NCBI GenBank assembly: GCA_964016885.1
Contig: OZ024742.1
Location: forward strand, 275,714,001-275,778,000
DNA length: 64,000 nucleotides
Reading direction: 5' to 3'
Source: Eledone cirrhosa
Lineage: Eukaryota
Shown: positions 47,335-60,830 of the stretch, one piece after another
How the letters are laid out: the number at the start of each line of letters is the position of its first letter
Numbering within the stretch: the stretch's first letter is position 1
Made by a program: the position numbers and the translations under genes
Notes under the pieces: model-generated
The model's input: the letters and a program-made list of their open reading frames with translations, nothing else
Database searches by the model: none
What the model was told of the DNA's origin: nothing

Positions 47335-48290
47335 TCTTCACCTAGTGAAGATGCAGCTCTCTGAAGAGAGAACCCCAGATGCTTTCTTGATAGCAGGTGT
47401 GGAGGTGGGCTTTCTATTATGAAGTCGGCAAATAGTCTGCCAGAACACTTTATCTGCTGATCTGAAGTCGGATTCCAGCTTAACCCCAAAGTCCTCCCAT
47501 GTCTTAACGTTTGACGCTTATACTGTCTCTGCTGCAAATTTACATGCCTGCTTGTACCACAAGTGCAAGAAGGAGGACTTATTTCCAAGCCAAGCTTTGT
47601 AAGTCTCTTTCTTTGTTCGGATGCCATTTTTGACCTCTTGATTAAACCAAGGGGTCTTCCTGCCATTTGGCACCACACCAAGCCTCTTTGGCTGGCATTT
47701 AACAGCTGAAGCAGAAACTGTTGCGCTGAACAATCTCCACCCTGTCTCAATGTCCTCAGTTTGCTCAGGGAGTTGTATGAATTTGGATGCAATATTATCT
47801 GCATATCTGGGCATGATTACCTTATCCATATCCTGTAGGTCGCCCTGGACCTGTCAGTTTTGTGGGCTTCTTTAGCTTTAGGTAATCCCAAGTTGTAGAT
47901 AACTAGATGATGATCAGTTGACAGCTCAGCTCCTCTCTTAACATGAACACCCAGCATAGAATCAAAGAGATCAGAGACAATTGCGAAATCAATTATTGAT
48001 TTCTGTCCCTGCTTCCCTTTATACCATGTATATTTATGGATGTCTCTGTGCTCAAAGAAGGTGTTCATAATAGAGAGTCCATTACTAGAACAGAAGTGTA
48101 GCAAAGCCTCTCCATACGTATTTAGTTCAGGGTCGCCATTTCATGTCAAGTCATCAGTGCCAACATGTGCATTAAAGTCTCCCATCAGGATATATGAGTC
48201 AGTCTTAACTACATCTAAAGCTGCAGTGACTTAATCAAGGAAGGACCTGTATTCAGACACCGTATTTGAGGTATAAACTTGCACCACCCA
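47335..48290 (-). mobile_element. Expander/Rex3-like RTE, endonuclease/linker portion
   Basis: VVQVYT, LMGDFNAHVG, GLSIMNTFFEHRDIHKYTW, SIIDF, VKRGAELSTDHHLV and TPWFNQEVK. Confidence 0.85.
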
Positions 48291-48314
48291 CAGTATACCT
48301 ATCTATCAATATAT

Positions 48315-50060
48315 CAAAGGGGTTCTGAACTAGGGGGGAATTGGGACCACATATTGCCAGATTCAAACTGTTAGAATATTGATTTTTGTATTGTTTTCAA
48401 GCTCCCCAGGGCGGCACAGAACGCAGTGTACATCAGTAACCTGCTGCAAACAGCCTATTAACTGTGCATCACAAGCTCCTGAACTGTAAGGTTCAAAATT
48501 GATTACTCTGATAGGGCTGTCACAAAGAAAAGACATATGCTTCCCTGAGTGGTCTGTCTGCAAGTGCCCTTACGTATTACCTAGTCTCCTATCATGAGTA
48601 CCGCCTCCCCTTTCCTTCTCAGTGATGCGACACAACTGCTCTGCTACCCTCCCTCCCACAGATGATATGTGACTCATGCTTGCAGTTCTGACCCTTCTTT
48701 ACTGGTCCGTGCTACTGAGAGGTTACGCGGGTTTTCTCTCCTCTAGCTCGTGTTTTTTTGCCACTTTTAGTATTATTTTATTGATTTCACACTCACATTG
48801 GTGGATGTGCTTCTCTAGTTTTTGTGGCATTAGCGTGGACCATTATCTCCCATATTTGTGCATTTATGTTGTTTTTTTTAGCGTCACCGGCAGTATATAA
48901 TTCTTGACGTCAGCCATATTGTAGATTAAATAAAAAAAATAAAGATAAGTATTTCCCTTTTTAATCTTTGACTTTTCTTGTTTATTTATTTGCAGATTTT
49001 GGAGCACATCATGAGTAGCAAAAAAAGAGAGTACAATTATTCATATATTCAATATCGATTCATATCCATCATCACTAATGGAGAAGAAAGGTCTCAATGT
49101 GTTGTTTGCAGTAAAGCTTTGTCAAATGATTCTATGAAACCGACAAAGTTGAAGCAACATTTACAGAATGTTCATCCTCAATACAAGAACAAGGACAAAA
49201 ACTTTTCTGAATGTCATGGGAATGCTCTTAAACTGATGAAGCTGGATTCAACAGAAGCATTCCAAGAAACAAACCTAAAGGTTACTGAAGCTTCTTATGT
49301 TGGTTGTAGCACTGCAGATAGTAAAGCAGAAAAACCATATACATTTGGGGAAACTTTGATCAAACCTTGCTCTCTCAAAATGGTGGAAATTCTGTTGAGA
49401 AGTGGATTGGAGAAAAACCTTTTAACAGTTTGACTATCAAACAGTACTGTTCAAACGAGGATCAGAGACATGGCCAATGACATCAAGGATCAAGTTGTGC
49501 AGGAGATCAAGTCTGCCACATTTGGCTCATTTTCAATTCAACTGGATGAATCAACTGATGTGCCATCGTGTTCCCTGCTGATGGTGTTTGCAAGGTATGT
49601 GCATTCAGATTCATTTAAAGAAGAGTTTCTCTTTGAAACAACTACCAAGGCCTCTGATATTTTGCAAAAGGTTTCCTCTTTTCTTGAAAATCTGTTGTGG
49701 GATATCTGTGGATGCTGTACAGATGGAGCACCAGTTATGTTGAGTACAAAATCAGGATTTCAAGTTTGTTTGAAAAGCGAGCTCTAAAAGTGAAAGGCAC
49801 TCATTGTATAATCCATCGTCAGACACCGGCCTCCAAAACACTTCCAGCTTCATTATCAATCCATACTGTTCAAAGGAGGATCAGTGACATGGCCATTGAG
49901 ATCAAGGATCAAGTTGTGCAGGAGATCAAGTCTGCAGTATTTGGCTTATTTTCAATTCAACTTGTGGAATGGATCATGCACCTTGCCTATTTGGTTGATA
50001 TTTTTGAGCAGCTAAATAAACTGAATCTTCAGATGAAAGAAAGGAATACAAATATCATAA
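48315..50060 (+). mobile_element. Decayed hAT/Buster element copy 2, including the 5' end and BED finger
   Basis: TIR-like CAAAGGGGTTCTGAAC at 48315; MSSKKREYNYSY...CVVCSKALSNDSMKPTKLKQHLQNVH (BED), KPYTFGETLIKP, QLDESTDV and CTDGAP. Confidence 0.9.
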
Positions 50061-50384
50061 ATTCCGAATTTTTTATTATCTTTGAAGGTTTTTGTTTCTT
50101 TTGCACAATCAGAACCTCCGAAATTCAAAACAAGGCACCTGAAGGCTATTTTGAAAACCATGAATGAAATAACATAAAAGATAAAGTTAGTATTGGCTCA
50201 TGAATGAACTATTATGAAGTATTTACTTAATCATTTCTGTAATTCAGAAAGTGTATTTAGATTTTTACACTATAGCTTTCACTCACCTTTGCCGCTAAGG
50301 CAGTAGAATCTTGTTTGAGGGAGATTTGTTTTCTATTTCTATCAGGTATATCAACAATCATATGGAATACATACAAACATCATC

Positions 50385-51790
50385 ATTTTACATCCACTTT
50401 TCCCTGCTTGCACAGCATCTCTCTATTCGTCATCTCCTCTCTTAGCTTCAGCAATCTGTGGTCAGCTCTCACCACCTCTGCCCATGATTTTCATGGTTTC
50501 CTTCGACTGCATCTTCCCTCCACTGGTATTTCTTGGCACTTCTTTACCCAGCCTTCATCCTCCATGCGCATCACATGTCCATACCATCTCAGCCTTCCCT
50601 CCTGCACACCACAACTTATCCCTCTTATACCCAGTTTCTTTCTCAACTCGTCTATGGTTGGTCGTTCACGCACATTGGCATTGCACATCCAACGGAGCAT
50701 ACTTGCTTCATTTCTCTCCAGTCATCGCATATCCTCTGCAGTTGCTGCCCATATCTCACTACCACGCATCTTATAACCAGCCTTTCATTCGTAGGGAGAA
50801 ACCCTTCTTTGTCAACGGAGGAAGCAGCTTCCTAAACTTCTTCCAAACCATCCTTGTTCTAGATACTGTCCTCAGAGCACCCTCCTCCCTTGCTAATCTG
50901 ATTACCTAAGTATCGAAAGCTATCAACCACCTCTATAGATCCTACCTGCATTTGAAAAATGTGTCTAAAAACTTCCCTGTACATCTACTGCATATGTAGT
51001 TTTCCCTACCTGTTAGTTTGCCTGCTATCCCACTACATCTCTTGTGTACCCAAGATCTGCATTGTGTACATTCTATACAATTTATGCCAACTGCTTTCCT
51101 ACATACTGAACATGGCCATTTCCCTGATGGAATCAGAGTTTTGTCCTCTTTCCTACTTATCAACACTTTAGTCTTAGCTCAGTACACTCTCAGTCCTCTT
51201 CATTCCAACTGCTGTTTCCATAGCCAGAATTTATTCTCTAGCTCCTCTACTGATTCTGCTATAAGTACCAGATCGTCAGCATAGAGAAGTTCCCATAGAC
51301 AGCCAGTCTTAAACTCCTCTGTTATGGCTTGGAGAACTATAATGAATAAGAGTGGGAAGAGGACCGAAACCTGATGCGCTCCTACTTGTATCTGGAATTC
51401 CTCACTAAACTCCATTCCTACCCTTACTTTACTTACAACACTTCTATACATAACTTGCACTGTCCTCACAAGCCATCATTTCGGACACACTTATCTCCAA
51501 CAACATCCTAATTTACAGACACACTGCCTTGATTTACGGAACACCGCACGTCTCTGATCTTCTCATTGCAGAATATTGGCAAACCTCCTACTCTCAGCAT
51601 CCCTGCATGTTAAGTATACCTGATGTCTAGCCTCTCTTTTACTGGGTGAGTATCGGTCTCTACTCAGCCCATTTTTACAAGTCTTCCATGCTAGTCTTTT
51701 GTCTTTAATGGCTCTATCTACCGTGCTGTTAAACCACCAGGTCACCGTCTGTTTGGTTGGAGCTCTGCTCAGCCACAAGTCTCTTCAGTA
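50385..51790 (-). mobile_element. Decayed RTE fragment (paralog of 1111-2455, retaining the 3' end)
   Basis: LYADDLVLIAES, GKWPCSVCRK..CTQCRSWVHKRC and LRWYGHVMRM; CATCATCAT tail. Confidence 0.88.
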
Positions 51791-54410
51791 GCCTGCATAT
51801 ATACACAAATATGTATGTTTGTGTGCGTTAGACAGCTGGCTGTGATTTGAGGTGGATTTTGCTCATATTTCTAGTAGAACGAGGTATCATATAGAACCTT
51901 TCCTTTTTGCTTCATACATAATACATACATGAGACAGTAGAGTGGGATTTGAAGGAAATTTGGTTGCTATTTCAAACAGATCTACCTACTACACAATCTT
52001 ACTTATACTACTTTATATAGCAGAGGTACCCAGGGATATTCTTCAACAGTAACACAGATTGCTTGTTTTGTTACCATTACTTGTCCTGTGATGTAGTAAA
52101 TATATATATATGTAATTTAGAGTTGAAGCTGAGTGTAATCAATTAAGGCTTCAATCTGGTCATTAGCAAAACATGTATTAAGCATGATTACAAATAAAAT
52201 ATATTAAACGGAAACTTTGATCTCTCATTCTTAATATAAACCCTCTGTATAGTACACCAATAACAATGTCAATGCTAATACACACTTTTAACTACAAATA
52301 TCCAATTCACATGTGTTGTCATGACAAAAAAACAAGCACCCTCTTTCACTTTGTATTTGTATTTATCTTTTTCTTTCTTTATCTCCTTTTTCTCACTCCC
52401 TACTTTGGAATATTTTCTTAGTTTGCACAGACATTAAAAGTTATTTCATTAAGAGAAAAAAAACAAACAGGTAATATATATATGTACATAACACACACAC
52501 TCTCACAAATGCATGCACACACCCACACAGATATATGTTCACATTAAGGGGTATACATTTAAATTACTGATTTCTGTCTTTTTGTTAGGTTTGGAGGAAG
52601 GAACTGTGCCCATAACCTTTACCAAGAGACTGATGCTGTTTATTTTCAATTTCAATTGATCCAGGTTGACTCCTGCATGAAAGACATGTGCAGGGAATGA
52701 ATTCCAGAGGGATGACATACTGGGGAGGAAAGGCTGAGTTTATTGGTTAGTGTGAGGTAATATAGGTGATGAGATCAGGAGAGATTATTGAGGCAGGAAT
52801 GTCAGAGTACTGGTTGCTCCACCATTTATGAGGAGCAGAGGCCATTGTAGTAGCAATAGAAAAGACAGAGAGAGGTAACAGTATCTGTGGGCCAGAGGTG
52901 AGAGAGTGTCTGTCAGTAACTATGCCAATCAGACAAGTGACCTTTTTCTGGATAGGATGTTTATACATTGAATATAACATGCTTCAAACAATATAATTAT
53001 GCAGGGTTGCAATTACCCACTGACTGACTCATCTCTTTCCCAATCAATGTCAGGTACTACTACTAGTAAATATTAGTATATATATATATACATGTTACTG
53101 CATGCTACAGAAGGCACAAGTGCATTTTATCATGACATCTGCACTAGCTACATTGTCATGTCTTTCACATATATATGTATATCTCTACCTAGCATTTGTT
53201 GACCTGAAGAAAGCAATTGACAGGCTCCTCGCTCCATAAACTGGTGGGCTGTTAGGAAACAAAGGGTAGATGTATGACGTGTGAGTGAGGTACAAGTCAT
53301 GTACAGTGGTGCAGAGACAGCAAAGTGAGAGTTAACAAGGTGTATAGTGAGGAATTTACCATGAATTTGGGGATCCACCAGAGGCCCTCTATCCTCAGCC
53401 CTCTCAAGTTCATTATTGTCAACCAGGCCATGACACAGGAGTTTAAGACTAGCAGCTCATGGGAACTCCATAAAAGTAATTGACAGCTGCTGTTACTTGG
53501 GTGACCAAATTATCAGTGAAGATGGGTGTTCTAAAGGTACAATAGCCAGAGTGTGAACTGGATAGGAAAGGTTCACTGTTGAGCAAAAAGCGTTTCTCAT
53601 GAACTATGCTGAATGAAAGTTTAAACTTGTGCTTTGTGTACATGGACATCATGGTACTGTGGGATGAAAAAAACACCCAGTCCACCTTGCAAGGTTGAAG
53701 TGCCAGTGCTATGACAAATGCTCCCAGTACACTATAATGTGGTTGGTGATAGGAAGAGCATCCAGGCATAGAAACCAAGCAAAAAAAACAATGTATGAGC
53801 AAGACATGATCACCTGACTTGTCTAGCGACAGAATATGATAACCAATCTAACCAATACAAGCATGGGAAATGATGATAATATGTGTATACATATATTTTA
53901 TCTGTGAAACTCAAGATTAACAACAGAGAGTAATCTTTTTCTCTCAAACACACATACTCTTACCATTCCCTTTCCACAAGCTGATCCAAGTTTTAATAAG
54001 TAAATATCTTTTAGTTCTCTATCTCAACACACACATGCTGACCACTCCATTTCCATTAGGATGTGAAATTGAAAAATAAAAACTTGCGGCTGCTGTCACT
54101 ACTACCTTAGCTGTTTCTCGCAGACAAACTCTTACCACCCCATTTCCACAGCATAATCCATTGTTACCACTTTAATATTATATATATTATAACATATGTT
54201 CTAATAAATCTATTGAATTAGCTATTATCCTTGTCAATAATCAACATTATTTCTACTGGCAACTAATTAAGGGTTTCCTTCTGCCTTTCTTTTCTATCTA
54301 TGTTGCCATGCCTGATATTGAAACATGGGACTGTGTCATTAATCAGGTCACAGAGGTGCAACAAATACTGACCACCATTAAATAAATGAAAGGTGGACAT
54401 TTTTGTACAT

Positions 54411-54796
54411 GGAGGCACATGGCTTAGTGGTTAGAGCATTGGCCTTGCAATCGAAAGGTTGTGAGTTCAATTCTCAGACCGGGTGATGTGTTGTGCCCTT
54501 GAGCAAGACACTTTATTTCACATTGCTCCAGTTTACTCAGCTGTAGAAATGAGATGATAGGACTGGGGTCCCTATCATTCCACTGCAAAGTGGTTGTGGA
54601 AGTGCCACGGCAAAAAAGCACCCAGCCCACACTGTAAAGTGGACGTGTAGGCGCCACGGTAAAAAAGCACCCACCCAGCACTCACTGTAAATGAGGTTGG
54701 TGTTAGGAAGGGCATCCACCTGTAGAAATCAAGCAAGAATCCGTTCCCTTCCCACCCTTGCAAGCAGAGAAAAGCGGACGTAAAATGATGATGATG
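54411..54796 (+). mobile_element. CORE-type SINE, full length, specific to unit B
   Basis: A/B boxes, core and tail present; empty site in unit A at about 7607 (TTTTGTACAT|ATAACATGAAGC). Confidence 0.9.
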
Positions 54797-55148
54797 ATAA
54801 CATGAAGCACTACAGATATGTCCAACCCATAGCAGCATTAAGCATTGCCAACAAGATGGTAATATGATAATACATACTGTCAACATTTAATGATCAACCA
54901 CTCTACAGAGTGTTCTAAGAGTATTTCATTGTGGTACCAGTACTAGGGATGTTGCTATGTCCTCAAGAATACTAAAGAATACACTCTACCCTATGTTATT
55001 AACATACTTTACAGTGTACTGGGTGTATTTTATTGCGGCACTAGCAGTAAATACAAGAAATGAAACAATAAACAATTCCTTGATATCTTCTTTTTTTTAT
55101 AGAATGACTTTTGACATTGATATGGTTATAATTCTGAATTAATATAAT

Positions 55149-55366
55149 GATTTCTGATTTAGGCACAAAGCCAACAATTTTGGGGGAAGGGAAAGTCGAT
55201 TAAATTGACCCTAGTGTATTACTGGTGCTTTATTTTATTGACCCTGTAAGAATGAAAGGTAAAACTAAATTTGCAGGATGGGAACTCTGTACGTAGAGAG
55301 ACGCAACTCTATGCTGCAAAGCACGTTGCCCAAAGCTCTACCGATACTGCCAATCCATCGCCCTAC
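55149..55366 (-). mobile_element. Second tRNA-derived SINE family (Nin/Deu-like central motif)
   Basis: Minus strand CCTTTCATTCTTACAGGGTCAATAAAATAAAGCACCAG; ~16-bp TSD TCTGWATTAATATAAT; absent from unit A. Confidence 0.7.
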
Positions 55367-55548
55367 ATCTGTATTAATATAATATGTATTAAGAGACGTT
55401 TTTATACAGAATGATTTACCACAGATATCAAAACCCTTGAAAAGTAGATGTTAAATGATGATGATGAAAATGTCATAGCTTCTCTCCAGTATGAATACGT
55501 GTTTAGTTAAAACACAATTTCTAGAAAATATCAGACTGATATAGATTT

Positions 55549-57051
55549 TCAAAGATCTCCCACAATATGCATGTGCTTGTGTTTAGTTAGGGCATTATCT
55601 TCAGAGAATGATTTATCACAGATATCACAGTGATATGGCTTTTCACCTGTATGAATACGTTTATGTATAATTAAGGTACTATTTCGAGAATATGATTTAC
55701 CACAGATATCACAAGGATATGGCTTGTCTCCTGTATGAATATATTTGTGGGTTGTTAAATCACTACTTTGAGAAAATGACTTACCACATATGTCACAGTG
55801 AAATGGCTTCTCTCCTGTATGAGTACGTATGTGGTTTGTTAAGGGAGTTTTATCAGAGAATGATTTACCACAAATGACACAGTGATATGGCTTCTCACCT
55901 GTGTGAATGCGTTTATGTCTAGTTAAGACATTTGCATGAGAGAATGACTTACCACAGATATCACAAAGATATAATTTATCTCTTGTATGAACACGTTTGT
56001 GTTTAGTTAAGTCACCACTTCGAAGAAATGATTTACCACAGACATCACAATGATATGGCTTTTCTCCTGTATGAGTACGTATGTGTACAATTAATTCACT
56101 ACCGCAATGGCATGATTTACCACAGATATCACAGCGATTTGGCTGCTCACCTGTATGAATACGTCTATGATTGGTTAAGGTACCACCTTCAGTGAATGAC
56201 TTACCACAGATATCACAGTGATAAGGCTTCTCTCCTGTATGAATGCGTTTGTGTTTATTTAATTTACTTCCTATAGAAAATGATTTACCACAGCTGTCAC
56301 ATTGGTATGGCTTCTCTTTTGTATGAATGCGCTTGTGTGTAGTTAATTTAGTATTTGTAAAGAATAATTTACCACAGATGTCACAGTGATATTGCTTTTC
56401 TCTTGAATGAAGGAGTTTGTGCTTAGATAAGTTACTTCTAATAGAGAAAGATTTACCACAGGTATCACAGTGATATGGCTTTTCTCCTGTATGAGTACGT
56501 TTGTGTATAGTTAATTTAGTATTTGTAAAGAATGATTTACCACAGGGATCACAATGATATGGCTTTTCTTCTGTATGAGTAAATTTGTGTCTCTGTAAGT
56601 CTGAATTTCGGAAGAATGATTTACCACAGACCTCACAGTAATATGGTTTTATTCCTGTGTGAGTAGATTTGTGTCTCTGTAAGTCTGAATTTCGGGAGAA
56701 TGATTTACCACAGACCTCACAGCAATAGCTTTTTATTCTTGTATGGATACTTTTGTGAGATATCAAGTTATGTTTTTGGGAGAATGATTTACCACAGATA
56801 TCACAGTTATATGGCTTTTCGCCTGTATGCGTACGTATGTGTGTAGTTAACTTTCCATTTGCAGAAAATGTTTTACCACAGATGTCACAGTGATATGGTT
56901 TTATTCCTGTATGGATACTTTTGTGAGCACTCAAAGTATCTCTTTGATAGTATAATGTTTTTACTATCTCGTTCAGTACCTCACTAGGAGAATCATTTCT
57001 TTCAGACTCCGATTTAATCTTTACCTCTTTCTCCCATAATTCATTTTCCAT
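55549..57051 (-). CDS. Tandem C2H2 zinc-finger protein, 500 aa, with 16 intact fingers and a half finger
   Basis: Uninterrupted ORF; shares the leader and the last six fingers with 11714-13159. Confidence 0.95.
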   Translation of the reverse strand: MENELWEKEVKIKSESERNDSPSEVLNEIVKTLYYQRDTLSAHKSIHTGIKPYHCDICGKTFSANGKLTTHIRTHTGEKPYNCDICGKSFSQKHNLISHKSIHTRIKSYCCEVCGKSFSRNSDLQRHKSTHTGIKPYYCEVCGKSFFRNSDLQRHKFTHTEEKPYHCDPCGKSFFTNTKLTIHKRTHTGEKPYHCDTCGKSFSIRSNLSKHKLLHSREKQYHCDICGKLFFTNTKLTTHKRIHTKEKPYQCDSCGKSFSIGSKLNKHKRIHTGEKPYHCDICGKSFTEGGTLTNHRRIHTGEQPNRCDICGKSCHCGSELIVHIRTHTGEKPYHCDVCGKSFLRSGDLTKHKRVHTRDKLYLCDICGKSFSHANVLTRHKRIHTGEKPYHCVICGKSFSDKTPLTNHIRTHTGEKPFHCDICGKSFSQSSDLTTHKYIHTGDKPYPCDICGKSYSRNSTLIIHKRIHTGEKPYHCDICDKSFSEDNALTKHKHMHIVGDL

Positions 57052-57069
57052 AATATATCCTTTTTATAT

Positions 57070-57135
57070 CTATTCTGTAGATGTTAAATATAGATAATGC
57101 ATCTGATGTAAAGAATTCTTTAATGCCAATGTCAT
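57070..57135 (-). other. 21-codon upstream ORF (MTLALKNSLHQMHYLYLTSTE*)
   Basis: Same position, length and frame relative to the acceptor and ZNF ATG as in unit A. Confidence 0.55.
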
Positions 57136-57506
57136 CTGAAATAATAAAGAAATTCTATAAGATATACAGGATATTTGACATGTAGAGAATCAACATCGCT
57201 TGAGCTTCAAACCCTTTTCTTTAGGAAATAAAACATTCTTTTTTTCTCTGTTAATGAGATACCACCTTGAAGGAATTTTTATTTCATTATATCACCCAAA
57301 CAATCTATCTTTTTCCATGTTTGTGAGGTGAACTAATTAACAAGACAGTCATACCTGCCCCTGTATATCATTCATGATCAAAATAAGTAATGTTCAGTTA
57401 CTTTACCAGATTTTATTTTCTTTCAGAACAAACTTGCCGAAAACTACTTGAAATTTTTTTTACTTAATAATACCAAAACTATCTAAATACATTTTGGTTT
57501 CATAAT

Positions 57507-57722
57507 GGTTTCTTATATAGGCACAAAGCCAGCAAATTTGGGGAGGGGGAAGTTGATTAAATCAACCCCAGTGCATGACTGGTACTTTATTTTATCAATC
57601 TCGTAAGGACGAAAAGCAAAGTTAACCTCGGCGGGATTTGAACTCAGATCAGAGAGAGATGTAACTCTATGCTGCAAAGCATGGCGTTTGACCCCCTACC
57701 GATACTGCCAACCCACCACCCT
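57507..57722 (-). mobile_element. Second SINE family copy
   Basis: B box GAGTTCAAATCC on the minus strand; 16-bp TSD ATTTTGGTTTCATAAT. A further partial copy lies at 58070-58175. Confidence 0.8.
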
Positions 57723-58239
57723 ATTTTGGTTTCATAATAGCAAACCACCTGAAATAACCTATTTATATTTAAATGAACTGTCAGGATTTCATCACAATTT
57801 TTCAAATGATAGTAGAACTTGTGATGGACTTATTTAAATTTTGTTGGAACATCACCTTACGAAATGAATTATTAGCCAATATCCAACTGAGTGTATAACA
57901 TAATTGTAATATTAAGAATTGTACACATTGAATTTTCAATTGAACTTGTATATAAAAACAGGTGACTCAAAAACAATCAACAATATTATTTTGGGGAATA
58001 CTTATAAAATGAAATAGATTCCCACATACATAAATACACACAATAATGATTCCATAATCATAATTGTTTCTACTTTAGGCACAAGGCCAGCAATTACCCA
58101 GTACATTACTGGTACTTTATTTTATCGACCCCGTAAGGATGAAAGGCAAAGTTAACCTCGGCGGGATTTGAACTCATAATGTTACTACTTACTTTGCAAG
58201 TCAATTAAAATTACAACTAAATAACAAATGTATTACGGT

Positions 58240-58860
58240 CATCTTCCCTGTTAAAGCAGGAATTAGCTTTGTGGATCCCATGATACGTCTCCATTTTCCT
58301 CTATTGTCTGCATCCCCCCCTCACCAAATCCCTGGCTTCCACTTCCTCCTTTTTTGTTAGCATGTCTTTCCTGGTCTACTCCTTCCTTCACATTCATTTC
58401 CATCACTTCTTTCATCCAGTCACTTTCATCTTTCCTCAACACATGTTCCAACCATCTCCTTCCATTTCTTTTCACAACATTCGTCACTGGCTTTATTTCC
58501 ATCATCTTCCCCATGATAAAAATTGCATCAGTTGTTCCTTTTCCTTGCATGAATCCAAACTGCATCTCATCAGTTGCCACATATTTCCTTATCCACTTCT
58601 CTAACACTCTTTCCAGTACCTTTATTTCATGTTCCAATAAGTTAATTGCTTGATACAAACCAAAGTCTAAAGGATTGCCTTTCCCCTTGGACAGAGGGAT
58701 GAATGTACTCATCTCACAGTACACTGAAATATGGTCTTCTTTCACCACCAACCTACAGATCTCTATCACATTCTTCACACCTCAACTTCCCACGGCCTTT
58801 AACATATCTCTTACAACTCCTGGCAGTTTTCCAGTTCTTCCACTTGTCTTTTACAATACT
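58240..58860 (-). mobile_element. Decayed RTE fragment within the inverted intronic segment
   Basis: ORF 58263-58778 KGKGNPL..DEMQFGFMQGKGTTDAIFI; reverse complement of 16640-16975. Confidence 0.8.
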
Positions 58861-59285
58861 TCCTCTGGAATATATATACAGTGTATTTTAGTTAGAAATA
58901 TAGTAAGAAAAAGGTTAACAAAGCTATTGCTACAAAAGATCCCCTCATCTTCCACCCTATGTGCATCTAGTACACTCTGTAAAGTGGTATTACTGGTACA
59001 TAGAAAAACTGATGGAAAATAAACATCAAATGATGATGATCATCCTAATTTAATATCTGTTTTCACTGTTAGCAAGGGTTGGATGATTTGTCACCAGCCA
59101 TGACTACTTAATTGGTTCAACTGACCTTTCAGATAGATGTTGGGGCTAAGGGGATTTCACTTACATACATTCCCACAATACAGTGTGTACATGGTGCATA
59201 TTAGAAGGGAGGACTGAGGAGGTGATGTGAGGGACATTAGGTTTTTTTAGCAGAATCTTAATTTTATATTTTAAAATATATAATT

Positions 59286-59566
59286 AATTCTCAGACCGGG
59301 TGATGTGTTGTTTCCTTGAGCAAGACACTTTATTTCACATTGCTCCAGTTTACTCAGCTGTAGAAATGAGATGATAGGGACTGGGGTCCATATCATTCCA
59401 CTGCAAAGTGGTCGTGGAGGTGCCACGACAAAAAGCACCCAGCACTCACTGTAAATGAGATTGGTGTTAAGAAGGGCATCCAGCTGTAGAAATCAAGCCA
59501 GAATCAGTTCTCGTCCCACCCTTGCAAGCAGGGAAAAGCGGACGTAAAGTGATGATGATGATGATG
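59286..59566 (+). mobile_element. CORE-type SINE, 5'-truncated, specific to unit B
   Basis: Homologous to 54470-54796; empty site at about 17960 in unit A. Confidence 0.88.
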
Positions 59567-59589
59567 AATTAAATCCTTCTGCTAATTAG

Positions 59590-60830
59590 GGACCTGCTGC
59601 GGAAGGTTGTAAATGGTTCTAAATCGAAACCATTCAATATGGGAGTCGGACTCCACCAAGTGTGCATATTTTAACCTCTCCTGTTCATTATTTACATGAA
59701 CAGGATTGACATGTGCAGCCGGGTTGGAAGTTGTATTATGACTGGCAGGTGTAAAATCAGTCGGCTGGAATTTGCAGACCACATGGTGTTACTTAACTTG
59801 ACAGATGATCTTCGACTTGTATTTGATAGGTTTAACGCCCAGTGCTACATGGTTGAAATGAAAATTAGTGCTGCGAAAACTGAGACACTTGTCCTCTCAA
59901 GGATGTCTGCACAATGCACTCTACATGTGAATCGAGTTCCACTGAAGCAGATAGAGAAGTTTAAGTATCTCGGGGCTGTGTTCACAAGTGATGGAAGGCA
60001 GGAGACTGACTTAAGTGCAAGAAATGCAGGAGTACTTAGTAATCAGAAGATAAGTAGGCGTAAAAGTCAAACTTGCTATTTTCAATTCAGTATTCATGCC
60101 AACCTTTACCTATAGTCATGAATAATGGGTAATGACCGAAAGAATATGATCCCGAATACAAGCAGCAGAAATAGGATTCCTCCGAAGGGTCCTTGGAGTA
60201 ATATTATGTCAGATTTATTTTTAGGTTGGAAACTGAAATTGCTTCTATTCTATTAAATTCAATTTAGAAAGAATACCTGTCAGATGACAGGTGCTTAAGC
60301 ATACCATTTGATGGATCTGGTATCTTTAAAATATTAATACAGAAAATTCTTTGAACATAGTTTTGTATGAGTATAGATGGGAAATAGATTCTGTAATTGT
60401 AACTTTACCTATGGTCATGAATCTTGGGTAATGACTGAAAAAATACGATTGCAAATAAAATGGCTGAAATGGGGTTCCTCTGAAGGGTCTTTAAAGTAAT
60501 CTTACTTGATAGAGTGCATAGCTCGGAGATCAGAGATTCGCTCCAGGTAGAGCTGCTACTTCTCCAAATTGAGAAATCACAGCTCCCATACTATGGGCAT
60601 TTGGTTAGATTGTCTCAGGAAAGAGTCGCTGGACACATTTTATGTGCAAAACCAACCTGCAGGAGGCCTAGGAGTAGTACCCGAGCAAGATCGTTAGATA
60701 ACATCCACGACCTTGGCTGGTCACACCTGGGGAACCAGCCGGATCAGTTGCTTCTGACAGGACCCGCTGGATAGAGTCTTTGAGGACCCTGCCCCCACGA
60801 CCCTCTCAGGAATAAGTTAAAGGAAGAGGA
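59590..60830 (+). mobile_element. Decayed Expander/Rex3-like RTE 3' half (paralog of 17975-19320)
   Basis: ORFs 59696-60115 and 60514-60774. Confidence 0.8.

Noticed and set aside
48978-50167. Possible domesticated ZBED/FAM200-like gene
   Set aside because: Multiple stops, frameshifts and an internal rearrangement are present in all three copies.
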